A DNA stretch of 19,327 bases, from positions 1 to 19,327 of the forward strand of contig JBGQEL010000081.1 in assembly GCA_041496385.1 (NCBI GenBank), written 5' to 3'. The DNA comes from Candidatus Methylomirabilia bacterium (lineage in GTDB: Bacteria; Methylomirabilota; Methylomirabilia; Rokubacteriales; CSP1-6). Within the stretch, counting starts at the first letter, position 1, and the number at the start of each line of letters is the position of its first letter. A program made the position numbers and the translations under genes. Of this stretch, positions 7,595 through 15,281 are shown piece by piece. The notes below the pieces were generated by a model. That model had not been told where the DNA came from and did not search any database. It was given only the letters and a program-made list of their open reading frames with translations.

Positions 7595-8371
7595 ATGCCA
7601 CAGGGATTCGCCGTGTTCGCGGGCGTCTCGCCCGAGATCATCGGAGCCTCGGCGCGCGAGGCCGAGGCCCTCGGGTACGGGTCATTCTGGGTGAACCATC
7701 CCGGCCCGACGGACGGGCTGGCCGCGCTCGCCGTGGCGGCGAAGGCGACGCGGCGCATCGAGCTCGGCATCGGCGTGATCCCGCTGCACACGCGGGACCC
7801 GGAGAGCATCGTCCAGGGCGTGCGCGGCACCAATCTGCCGCTCGAGCGCCTCCTCATCGGCGTGGGCAGCCCCAACCCCCAGGCGCTCTCGCGCGTGCGC
7901 GACGGGATCACGGAGCTCCGGTCGCAGCTCTCGACGCGCCTCGTCGTGGCGGCGCTCGGCCCCCGGATGTGCCGCGTGGCCGGCGAGGTCGCCGACGGCG
8001 TCCTGTTCAACTGGATCACGCCCGAGCACGCGCGGCTCTCGGCCGCGTGGGTCAGCGCGGGCGCGGAGGCGGCGGGCCGCGACACGCCGAAGCTCTTCGC
8101 GTACGTCCGCGTCGCCCTGGGCGCCACCGCGTGCGACCGGCTGAAGGAGGAGAGCGCCCGGTACGCGGCGATCCCGGCCTACGCGAACCACTTCGCGCGG
8201 ATGGGCGTGAAGCCCGAGGAGACCTGCATCGCCGCGCAGAGCGTCGACGCGATCCGCCCGGCTCTGGCCCGGTGGGAGGGCGTCGTGGACGACATCGTCA
8301 TCCGCGCCATCACCGCCGAGGACACGGTCGAGGAGCACGTGGCGCTCGCGCGGGCGACGAAGCCGGCCTAG
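7595..8371 (+). CDS. Luciferase-like (LLM) flavin/F420-dependent oxidoreductase, short form
   Basis: AAAGGAG RBS at 7582-7588. LLM motifs AREAEALGYGSFW, ATRRIELGIGVIPL and VAALGPRMCRVAGEVADGVLFNW. Confidence 0.85.
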   Translation: MPQGFAVFAGVSPEIIGASAREAEALGYGSFWVNHPGPTDGLAALAVAAKATRRIELGIGVIPLHTRDPESIVQGVRGTNLPLERLLIGVGSPNPQALSRVRDGITELRSQLSTRLVVAALGPRMCRVAGEVADGVLFNWITPEHARLSAAWVSAGAEAAGRDTPKLFAYVRVALGATACDRLKEESARYAAIPAYANHFARMGVKPEETCIAAQSVDAIRPALARWEGVVDDIVIRAITAEDTVEEHVALARATKPA

Positions 8372-8420
8372 CGTTTCTGCCCGCGGGCGCGCGGCGGGCG
8401 CGCCGCCGCGAACTTCGCGC

Positions 8421-8449
8421 TTGACGGTCTCGCCGCGCCGCTGTAACAG
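8421..8449 (+). promoter_or_regulatory. Possible promoter for SDR-NIPSNAP
   Basis: TTGACG (8421-8426), 17-nt spacer, TAACAG (8444-8449). The -35 is strong and the -10 is imperfect. Confidence 0.4.
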
Positions 8450-8493
8450 TGCCCGGGTCATGCCCCGACCGGCCCCCGCCCGCCCGAGCGACC

Positions 8494-9258
8494 ATGCGGT
8501 TTCGTGACCGGGTCGCGCTCATCACGGCCGCCGCCAGCGGGATCGGCCGCGCGACCGCCGAGATCGTCGGGCGCGAAGGCGGGCTGGTCGTCGGCGTGGA
8601 CACCGACCAGGCCCGTCTCGACGCGCTCGCGGACGCGATCCGTCGCGACGGCGGCCGCGCCGAGGCGCGCCGCGCGGACGGGCTCGACGCCGTCCAGGTG
8701 ACCTCGGTCGTCGAGAGCGTGGCGCGCACGCACGGCCGCATCGACATCCTCGTCAACGCGGTCGGCGGCAGCACCATCATCCCGCGTCCCGCGGCCACCG
8801 TGGACGAGCTGACGCCGGACGAGTGGCGCCGGCTCATCGCCTTCAACCTCGACGCGACGTTCCTCTTCTGCCACGCCGTGGCCCCCGTCATGAAGCGACA
8901 GAAGTCCGGCAAGATCGTGAGCATCTCCTCCATCGCCGGACGCGGCCTCAGCGCGAGCAGCAGCAGCGCCTACGCCGCCGCCAAGGGCGGCATCATCGCC
9001 TTCACCCGCAAGCTCGCGCACGAGCTGGGCCCCTTCGGGATCACGGTCAACGCCATCGCCCCGAGCCTCACGCTCACCGAGCGGATCCGCCCGCACTGGG
9101 AGCGGCGCACGCCCGAGCAGCAGGCCGGCGAGGTCGCGCGCACGCCGCTGCGTCGCGTCGCCGAGGCCGTGGATCAGGCGCGGGTGATCTGCTTTCTCGC
9201 CTCGAGCGACGCCGACTTCGTCACCGGCGTGACGATCGACGTGACCGGGGGACTCTAG
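8494..9258 (+). CDS. Short-chain dehydrogenase/reductase (SDR), 254 aa
   Basis: Rossmann motif variant ITAAASGIG, GRIDILVNAVG, catalytic Ser in SISS, YAAAK, VNAIAP and FVTGVTIDVTGG. Confidence 0.93.
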   Translation: MRFRDRVALITAAASGIGRATAEIVGREGGLVVGVDTDQARLDALADAIRRDGGRAEARRADGLDAVQVTSVVESVARTHGRIDILVNAVGGSTIIPRPAATVDELTPDEWRRLIAFNLDATFLFCHAVAPVMKRQKSGKIVSISSIAGRGLSASSSSAYAAAKGGIIAFTRKLAHELGPFGITVNAIAPSLTLTERIRPHWERRTPEQQAGEVARTPLRRVAEAVDQARVICFLASSDADFVTGVTIDVTGGL

Positions 9259-9289
9259 CCGTGACTCACACCGTCGAAAGGAGTCGAGG

Positions 9290-9907
9290 ATGATCTACGA
9301 GATCCGGACGTACCGCATCGCGCCCGGCAGCCTGGCCGAGGTCGAGAAACGCTACGCCGAGGGCTACGAGCATCGCAAGAAGTACTCGGAGCTGACCGCC
9401 TTCCTGCACACCGAGATCGGACCGCTCAACGAGATCGTCCACATCTGGGGTTACAAGGACCTCGCCGAGCGGGCGCGCATCCGGGCCGAGTCGACGAAGG
9501 ACCCGAACTGGCCGCCGAAGATCCGCGAGTTCGTGCAGGGCATGCGCTCGGAGATCGTCCTGCCGTTCACGTTCGTGCCCGAGCCGCGTCCCGGCAAGAT
9601 GGGGCCGATCTACGAGTTCCGCTACTACACGCTGAAGCCCGGCACGCTGCCCGACACGGCGAAGGGCTGGGAGGCGAAGCTCCCGGACCGCATGAAACTC
9701 TCGCCCGTCGTGCTCGCCGGCGGCGTCGAGTTCGGCACGGCCAACGGGTTCGTCCACATCTGGGCCTACTCGAGCCTCGATCAGCGCATGCAGGTACGCG
9801 ACGACGCGCGTAAGAAGGGCGTCTGGCCGCCGCCCGGCGGGGCCGACCGGTTGCTGACGCAGGAGACCAAGATCCTCCTGCCGTCCGCGTTCTCCCCGCT
9901 CCAGTAG
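9290..9907 (+). CDS. NIPSNAP family protein with two tandem NIPSNAP domains
   Basis: AAAGGAG RBS. Repeated unit IYE[I/F]RxYx[I/L]xPG...[I/F]VHIW[G/A]Y..L..R...R...W, and C-terminal FSPLQ. Confidence 0.9.
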   Translation: MIYEIRTYRIAPGSLAEVEKRYAEGYEHRKKYSELTAFLHTEIGPLNEIVHIWGYKDLAERARIRAESTKDPNWPPKIREFVQGMRSEIVLPFTFVPEPRPGKMGPIYEFRYYTLKPGTLPDTAKGWEAKLPDRMKLSPVVLAGGVEFGTANGFVHIWAYSSLDQRMQVRDDARKKGVWPPPGGADRLLTQETKILLPSAFSPLQ

Positions 9908-9934
9908 GGCGGCGCGCGACGAGAATCACCAGCG

Positions 9935-9986
9935 GGGCGCCACGAGGTGCGCGGCCGTGCCGTGCGGCGCGCGCCTCGTGGCGTTC
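9935..9986 (+). terminator. Long GC-rich stem-loop after NIPSNAP (terminator-like or RNA-stability hairpin, no U-tract)
   Basis: CGCCACGAGG (9938-9947) and CCTCGTGGCG (9974-9983) are perfect arms, extendable inward and outward with G-U pairs. Confidence 0.55.
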
Positions 9987-10001
9987 GGAGGTAGGGGGCG
10001 A

Positions 10002-10030
10002 TTGCCCGCCGCGGCGGCTTCGCCTATACT
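10002..10030 (+). promoter_or_regulatory. Sigma70-type promoter of the ABC transporter operon
   Basis: TTGCCC (10002-10007), 17-nt spacer, TATACT (10025-10030). GGAGG RBS at 10067-10071. Confidence 0.7.
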
Positions 10031-10076
10031 CCCGACCCACATCCGGTCGAGCAAATTCGCGTTCGCGGAGGTCGTC

Positions 10077-11693
10077 ATGACACGTCCCCGCCCGCTCCGA
10101 CCGCTCCTGCCGCTCGCCCTCGTGCTCGTCCTCACGCTCGCCGTGACACCCGGCGGCGCGCAGTCGCCGCAGCCGAAGTACGGCGGAGTGCTCGTCACGG
10201 CGCCGCTGACCGCGACGCCGAGCCTCTCGCTGCACGAGGAGTCCACGGTCGCCACCACCCAGCAGGCCAGCCCCTGCTACAACAACCTCGTCTACTTCGA
10301 CCCGGCGAAGAAGCAGGAGAGCCTCGACACGCTCATCCCCGAGCTGGCCGAGAAGTGGTCCTGGCAGGACAACCACCGGAACCTCGTCTTCTTCCTGCGG
10401 CGCGACGTCGGGTGGCACGACGGCAAGCCCTTCTCGTCGCGGGACGTGAAGTACACGTTCGACATGGTGCGCGGCGCGCCGGACGCCGCGGCCAGGCTCA
10501 AGGTGAACCCGCGCAAGCTCTGGTACGAGAACATCGAGGCGATCGAGACGCCGGACCCCGCCACCGTCGTGTTCCGACTCAAGCGGCCGCAGCCCTCGCT
10601 GCTGCTCATGCTGGCGTCGGGCTACTCGCCGGTCTACCCGGCCCACGTGCCCCTCGCCGAGCTCAAGAACAAGTGCATCGGCACCGGGCCCTTCAAGCTC
10701 AAGGAGAACCGGCCCGGCGAGTACGTCGAGTACGTGAAGAACCCCGACTACTTCGTCAAGGGCCGCCCGTATCTCGACGGGCTCAAGTTCGTGGTCATCC
10801 GGGACCGCTCGACGCAGATCGCGGCGGTCCAGTCCCGGCAGCTCGACGTGGCCGGTAGCGGCTGGAACCGCACCAACGCCGAGGACGCCAAGGCGGGCGC
10901 GCCGAAGCTCGTCGTGGTCGAGATGGACAACAACGTCAACGACAACATCCTCATCAACTTCAAGCGGCCGCCGTTCAACGACCGCCGCGTGCGGCAGGCC
11001 ATCAACCTGGCGCTCGACCGCAAGGCCTACCTCGTGGGACCGCGGCAGGGCGCCGCGACGTTCGGCGGGGCCCTGCTGCCGCGGCCGGCCGGCGTCTGGG
11101 GGCTGCCGGCCGCCGAGGTCACGAAGCTCCCCGGGATGGGCGACGCCGCCCGGCAGAAGGCCGAGGCCCGGAAGCTCCTCGCGGAGGCCGGCTTCGGCCC
11201 TGGCAATCCGCTCAAGCTCACCCTGTCCACGCGCGCGCTCGCCATCTACGTGGACACGGCGAGCTGGATGGTCGACCAGCTCCAGCAGATCGGGGTCGAG
11301 GCGACGCTCGAGCAGATCGAGAGCGGCGTGTGGCACCCGAAGATGACGCGGCTCGAGTACCAGGTCGCGCTCAACCTGACGGGCATCGGCGTCGACGATC
11401 CCGACGCCCAGCTCTTCGAGAACTACCGGTGCGGCTCGCAGCGGAATTTCTCGGGCTACTGCTCGGAGGAGATCGACCGGCTCATGATCGAGCAGTCGCA
11501 GACGCTGGACCGCGCCAAGCGGCTCGCGCTGGTCAACGAGATCGACCGGAAGCTCCAGGCAGACGCGGCGCGGCCCATCCTGGGCTGGGCCAAGCAGCAC
11601 TGGGTGATGTGGCCGCACGTGAAGGGCTGGGTCGTGCACGAGAACTCGATCTACAACGTGAGCCGGCGCCAGGACGTCTGGCTGGACAAATAG
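10077..11693 (+). CDS. ABC transporter family-5 (Opp/Dpp-type) substrate-binding protein
   Basis: Signal peptide MTRPRPLRPLLPLALVLVLTLAVTPGGA|QSPQPKYGG. Motifs WHDGKPFSSRDVKYTF, IGTGPF, PYLDG, PPFNDRRVRQAI and VWLDK. Confidence 0.94.
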   Translation: MTRPRPLRPLLPLALVLVLTLAVTPGGAQSPQPKYGGVLVTAPLTATPSLSLHEESTVATTQQASPCYNNLVYFDPAKKQESLDTLIPELAEKWSWQDNHRNLVFFLRRDVGWHDGKPFSSRDVKYTFDMVRGAPDAAARLKVNPRKLWYENIEAIETPDPATVVFRLKRPQPSLLLMLASGYSPVYPAHVPLAELKNKCIGTGPFKLKENRPGEYVEYVKNPDYFVKGRPYLDGLKFVVIRDRSTQIAAVQSRQLDVAGSGWNRTNAEDAKAGAPKLVVVEMDNNVNDNILINFKRPPFNDRRVRQAINLALDRKAYLVGPRQGAATFGGALLPRPAGVWGLPAAEVTKLPGMGDAARQKAEARKLLAEAGFGPGNPLKLTLSTRALAIYVDTASWMVDQLQQIGVEATLEQIESGVWHPKMTRLEYQVALNLTGIGVDDPDAQLFENYRCGSQRNFSGYCSEEIDRLMIEQSQTLDRAKRLALVNEIDRKLQADAARPILGWAKQHWVMWPHVKGWVVHENSIYNVSRRQDVWLDK

Positions 11694-11735
11694 GAGCGAC
11701 GCGGCCCGGGTCTCGCCTCCCCGGCCTCAAGCGCC

Positions 11736-12692
11736 ATGCGGGTCTACGTCCTCAAGCGCCTCGTGATCGCGGGCGTCACGCTGCTCGGGATGTCCGTCCT
11801 CATCTTCGTCCTCATGCGCCTGGCCCCCGGCAACATCACGGACATCATCTTCGAGTCCGCCGGCTACGTGGACGAGGCGGACCGCAGGCGCCTCGAGATC
11901 GAGCTGGGCATCGACCGGCCCGTTCCCGTCCAGTACGCGCGCTGGCTCGGCGACTTCCTCCGCGGCGAGCTGGGCAAGTCGTACCGCTACGACCTCCCGG
12001 CCTGGGAGGTCATCAAGCCGCGGCTGCCCGTCACGCTCGAGCTGGCGGTGCTGTCGCTCGGGTTCTCCGTCCTCCTCGGCGTGCCGACCGGCGTGATCAG
12101 CGCGGTCCGGCGCGGGCGGCCGCTCGACTACCTGCTGCGCGTCGTGTCCCTGGCCGGCCTGTCCATGCCGTCGTTCTGGCTGGGGATGGTGGTGATCCTG
12201 GCGCTGGTCCGCTCGCTCGGCTGGATCCCGTCGATGACCTACGTGTCGCCCTTCGAGAACCTGGGCGCGAACCTCTTCCAGTTCGTCCTGCCGTCCCTCG
12301 CCGTGGGGTACCGCAGCTCCGCCCTCATCATGCGGATCACGCGCTCGACGATGCTCGAGGTCCTGCGCGAGGACTACATCCGGACGGCGTGGGCCAAGGG
12401 CCAGCGCGAGCGGCTCGTGGTCTGGCGGCACGCGCTCAAGAACGCGTCCCTGCCGGTCGTCACGATCATCGGGATCGAGTTCGCGTTCCTCATCGGCGGG
12501 CTGATCGTCACCGAGACCGTCTTCAATCTGCCGGGCGTGGCGCGTTACCTGGTCGACGCCATCCTGGTCCGCGACTACCCGATCGTCCAGAATCTCGCGA
12601 TGCTGATCGCGGTGGTGGTCGTGCTGGCCAACCTCACCGTCGACCTCGTCTACACCTGGCTCGACCCCCGCATCAAGTACGGCAAGGCCTGA
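11736..12692 (+). CDS. ABC transporter permease, OppB/DppB type
   Basis: YVLKRL..., LGIDRPVPVQYARWL, RLPVTLEL, EAA loop EDYIRTAWAKG, HALKNA, ETVFNLPG, RDYPIVQ and LDPRI. Confidence 0.95.
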   Translation: MRVYVLKRLVIAGVTLLGMSVLIFVLMRLAPGNITDIIFESAGYVDEADRRRLEIELGIDRPVPVQYARWLGDFLRGELGKSYRYDLPAWEVIKPRLPVTLELAVLSLGFSVLLGVPTGVISAVRRGRPLDYLLRVVSLAGLSMPSFWLGMVVILALVRSLGWIPSMTYVSPFENLGANLFQFVLPSLAVGYRSSALIMRITRSTMLEVLREDYIRTAWAKGQRERLVVWRHALKNASLPVVTIIGIEFAFLIGGLIVTETVFNLPGVARYLVDAILVRDYPIVQNLAMLIAVVVVLANLTVDLVYTWLDPRIKYGKA

Positions 12693-13585
12693 TGGCGGTC
12701 CGCACGATCGACGTCGCGGTTCTCCACGCGCTTCCGAAAGCGCGGGGATGGGCCGCGTCGCTCTGGTGGTTCGTGCGGCGGAACCCGCTCGGCGCCGCGG
12801 GCGGCGTCCTGATGGTGCTCCTGCTCCTCGCCGCCGTCCTGGCCGAGGTCCTCGCGACCCACAACCCGATCCGCACCTCCTCGCGCGTGCTGGTCGCCCC
12901 GGGGAGCGAGTTCTGGCTGGGGACGGACAACCTGGGCCGCGATCTCTGGAGCCGGGTGATGTACGGCTCGCGCATCTCACTCGTCGTCGGCGGCGCCTCC
13001 ACGCTGCTGGGCGCGCTGGTCGGCGGGCTGGTCGGGCTCCTGTCCGGCTACGTCGGGGGCAAGACCGACCTGGTCACGCAGCGGCTCATGGACGTCATGC
13101 AGGCGCTGCCGATCCTGGTCCTGGCGCTGGTCATGGCGGCCGCGCTGGGCCCGTCGCTCACGAACACGATCATCGCCATCTCCGTCGTGATCGCACCGCG
13201 GGCGGCGCGCGTGGTCCGCTCGAGCGTGCTCGCCATCCGCGAGTTCGCCTACATCGAGGCGGCGCGCGCGCTCGGCGTCGGCCACGCGCGCGTGGCGTTC
13301 CGCCACATCCTGCCGAACACCTTCGGCCCCTTCATCGTGCTGGTCACCGCCCAGCTCGGCGGCGCCATCCTGGCGGAGGCGGCGCTCTCGTTCCTCGGCC
13401 TCGGCATCCCGGAGCCCTACCCGTCCTGGGGGCGCATGCTCTCGATCGCGGCGGCCGAGTACGCCAACAAGGCGCCCTGGCTCGTGATCTACCCCGGCGC
13501 CGCGATCAGCCTGGCCGTCTTCGGCACCAACCTGCTCGGCGACGCGCTCCGCGATACGCTCGATCCGCGGCTGCGCGGCGCCTGA
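12692..13585 (+). CDS. ABC transporter permease, OppC/DppC type
   Basis: TGATG overlap with the upstream permease stop. Motifs LGTDNLGRDLWSRVMYGSRISL, YIEAARALG, RHILPN, LSFLGLG, PSWG and NLLGDALRDTLDPR. Confidence 0.95.
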   Translation: MAVRTIDVAVLHALPKARGWAASLWWFVRRNPLGAAGGVLMVLLLLAAVLAEVLATHNPIRTSSRVLVAPGSEFWLGTDNLGRDLWSRVMYGSRISLVVGGASTLLGALVGGLVGLLSGYVGGKTDLVTQRLMDVMQALPILVLALVMAAALGPSLTNTIIAISVVIAPRAARVVRSSVLAIREFAYIEAARALGVGHARVAFRHILPNTFGPFIVLVTAQLGGAILAEAALSFLGLGIPEPYPSWGRMLSIAAAEYANKAPWLVIYPGAAISLAVFGTNLLGDALRDTLDPRLRGA

Positions 13586-13593
13586 GCCGCCCG

Positions 13594-13618
13594 CCTCACT
13601 CCCGCCACCTCACTCCCG
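13594..13618. repeat. 11-bp direct repeat duplicating the last codons and stop of the ModA-like gene
   Basis: CCTCACTCCCG at 13594-13604 and 13608-13618. Confidence 0.75.
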
Positions 13619-14371
13619 ATAGTCGAGTCCCGCCTCGGCGAACTTCGCCTTGAAGGCGGGCCGCATGACGAACGCGATGAAGGCGCGGGCCACCTCCGGC
13701 GCCGCGCTCTTGGCCGTGAGACCCGCCGAGTAGACGGTGACCTTCTGGAGGTCCTTCGGCAGCGGACCCACGAGCGTCACGCCCTTCACGGGCACGATCT
13801 CGCTGATCTGGTGCGCGACCAGCTCGACCTCGCCCTTCGCGACCAGCTCGGCCGGGTAGCCGCCCGGGACGAGCCGCGTCTTGGCCTTCACCGCGTCGGC
13901 GATCCCCAGGCGCTGCAGCACGCCGGCGAAGTGGATCCCGCTCGTCGCGCCTTGCGCGGGGTCCACGTAGACGAGCGACGCGGCGGCCAGCAGGGTCTGC
14001 TTGAGCGCCTCGGCCGTGGCGATGTCGGGCCGCGGCGCGCCCTCGCGCACGCCGATCCCCATGCCGGTCCTGGCCATGTCGGCCCGCGTGCCCGCGACGA
14101 CGGCGCCCTGCCGGGCCATGTCGTCGAGCGCGACGTCGGTCATGATGACGACGTCGGCGGGCTCGGCCGCGAGCTTCTGCCGCACGACGCCCATCGTCCC
14201 GAACGAGAGCGTCACGGCGTGCCCCGTCTCGCTCGTGAACGCCTGGGCCAGGTCGGTGACGATCGCCCGCACCGCGCCCGCGCTCAGGACCTTCAGCTCG
14301 ACCGCCTCGGCCGCGCCCGCGGCCGCGCCGCCGGCCAGCGCCACCAAGACCGCGCTCACCCACCGTCTCAT
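13610..14371 (-). CDS. ModA-like (SBP_bac_11) periplasmic substrate-binding-fold protein, orphan
   Basis: Signal peptide MRRWVSAVLVALAGGAAAGAAEA. Motifs LKVLSAGA, ADVVIM, VREGAPRPDI, YVDP..GATSG, HQISE and VGPLP.DLQ..TVYSAG. GGAGG lies 5 nt before ATG 14371 (alternative starts 14374 and 14383). Confidence 0.85.
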   Translation of the reverse strand: MRRWVSAVLVALAGGAAAGAAEAVELKVLSAGAVRAIVTDLAQAFTSETGHAVTLSFGTMGVVRQKLAAEPADVVIMTDVALDDMARQGAVVAGTRADMARTGMGIGVREGAPRPDIATAEALKQTLLAAASLVYVDPAQGATSGIHFAGVLQRLGIADAVKAKTRLVPGGYPAELVAKGEVELVAHQISEIVPVKGVTLVGPLPKDLQKVTVYSAGLTAKSAAPEVARAFIAFVMRPAFKAKFAEAGLDYRE

Positions 14372-14399
14372 CATGGCCTCCATGCGCCCGCCGCCGCGC

Positions 14400-15164
14400 T
14401 CAGGCGATCTTCACGATCCCGGGCTCGACCTGCGAGAACCGGGTGTTCACCTCCGGGTCGTGGCCCGCGACGATCAGCTTCTCGACGCCCGCGAGCGCGT
14501 GGATCGTCTCGAAGGCGGCGAGCATCTCCGGCAGGCTCGTGATGATCTGCACCGGCTGCCGGGTCTCGACGTTGTGATAGAAGTGCGACGCGTCCGAGGT
14601 GAGGACGACCGTGCCGCGCCTCGTCGCCACGCTCACGATCTGGAGCCCCGCCGTGTGGCCGCCGACGCGATGCACCCGGATGCCGGGCAGCACCTCGCGG
14701 TCACCCGCAATGATGCGCACGCGGTTGGCGTAGTTCAGCGTCACCAGTCCGGCCAGCGCGCCGACGTTCATCGACTGGCGGAACGCCGGCGCCGCGCCCC
14801 AGGGCCCCGTCCAGAACTCGACCTCCTCCTGCTGGATCCAGAACTGGGCGCCCGGGAAGAGGCTGTGGCCGGCCCAGTGGTCGTAGTGGAGGTGGGTGAT
14901 GAGCGCCATCGGCACGTCGGCCGCTTTCACGCCGGCGCGCTCGACCATCGACGCCGGGCTCACGTAGTTTCGGATCCCGCGCTGCTGCGCGTCGTCCTCG
15001 CGGAACCCCGTGTCCACGAGCACCGGATGCGGGCCGCCGAGGATCAGCCAGACGTAGTAATGGAGCGTGAGCGTCGTGTGCGACGCCTCGCGGAAGAAGA
15101 ACTGGCATTTCGTCGTGTCGCGCTCCGCGTACTTGAGGGCGTAGACCTCGTAGTGCGGGGTCAT
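14400..15164 (-). CDS. N-acyl homoserine lactonase-family metallo-beta-lactamase-fold hydrolase, 254 aa
   Basis: MBL metal ligands VLVDTG, THLHYDH (HxHxDH), GGHTAG, SDASH and AGHD. N-terminus YEVYALKYA. The ORF track over-extends it to 15578. Confidence 0.9.
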   Translation of the reverse strand: MTPHYEVYALKYAERDTTKCQFFFREASHTTLTLHYYVWLILGGPHPVLVDTGFREDDAQQRGIRNYVSPASMVERAGVKAADVPMALITHLHYDHWAGHSLFPGAQFWIQQEEVEFWTGPWGAAPAFRQSMNVGALAGLVTLNYANRVRIIAGDREVLPGIRVHRVGGHTAGLQIVSVATRRGTVVLTSDASHFYHNVETRQPVQIITSLPEMLAAFETIHALAGVEKLIVAGHDPEVNTRFSQVEPGIVKIA

Positions 15165-15217
15165 GGGGCCCGGCCGAGCAGCACGACCGCGATCGTCAAA
15201 GCGAGTATCCTGCGCAT
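15161..15217 (-). CDS. Small ORF MRRILALTIAVVLLGRAP (18 aa), signal-peptide-like; leader peptide or relic of a deleted secreted-protein gene
   Basis: GGAG SD lies 8 nt upstream of ATG 15217. The TGA stop overlaps the lactonase ATG (ATGA). It sits just downstream of a consensus promoter. Confidence 0.55.
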   Translation of the reverse strand: MRRILALTIAVVLLGRAP

Positions 15218-15252
15218 GGCGTGGTCTCCAGGGCCGCGGATCGGCGGCCGGG

Positions 15253-15281
15253 ATGCTAACAGCGCCCGCGGCGGGCGTCAA
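15253..15281 (-). promoter_or_regulatory. Sigma70-type promoter (extended -10) for the sORF-lactonase-ModA-like operon
   Basis: Minus strand TTGACG (15281-15276), 17-nt spacer ending in TGT, TAGCAT (15258-15253). Confidence 0.72.

Noticed and set aside
7577..9283. Shared 12-mer CGTCGAAAGGAG upstream of the LLM (7577-7588) and NIPSNAP (9272-9283)
   Set aside because: Mostly explained by a strong Shine-Dalgarno sequence. The remaining 5 nt are too few to call a regulatory motif.
11330..12691. 751-aa ORF suggesting a long N-terminal extension of the second permease
   Set aside because: It overlaps two real genes. The true start is ATG 12692, coupled by TGATG.
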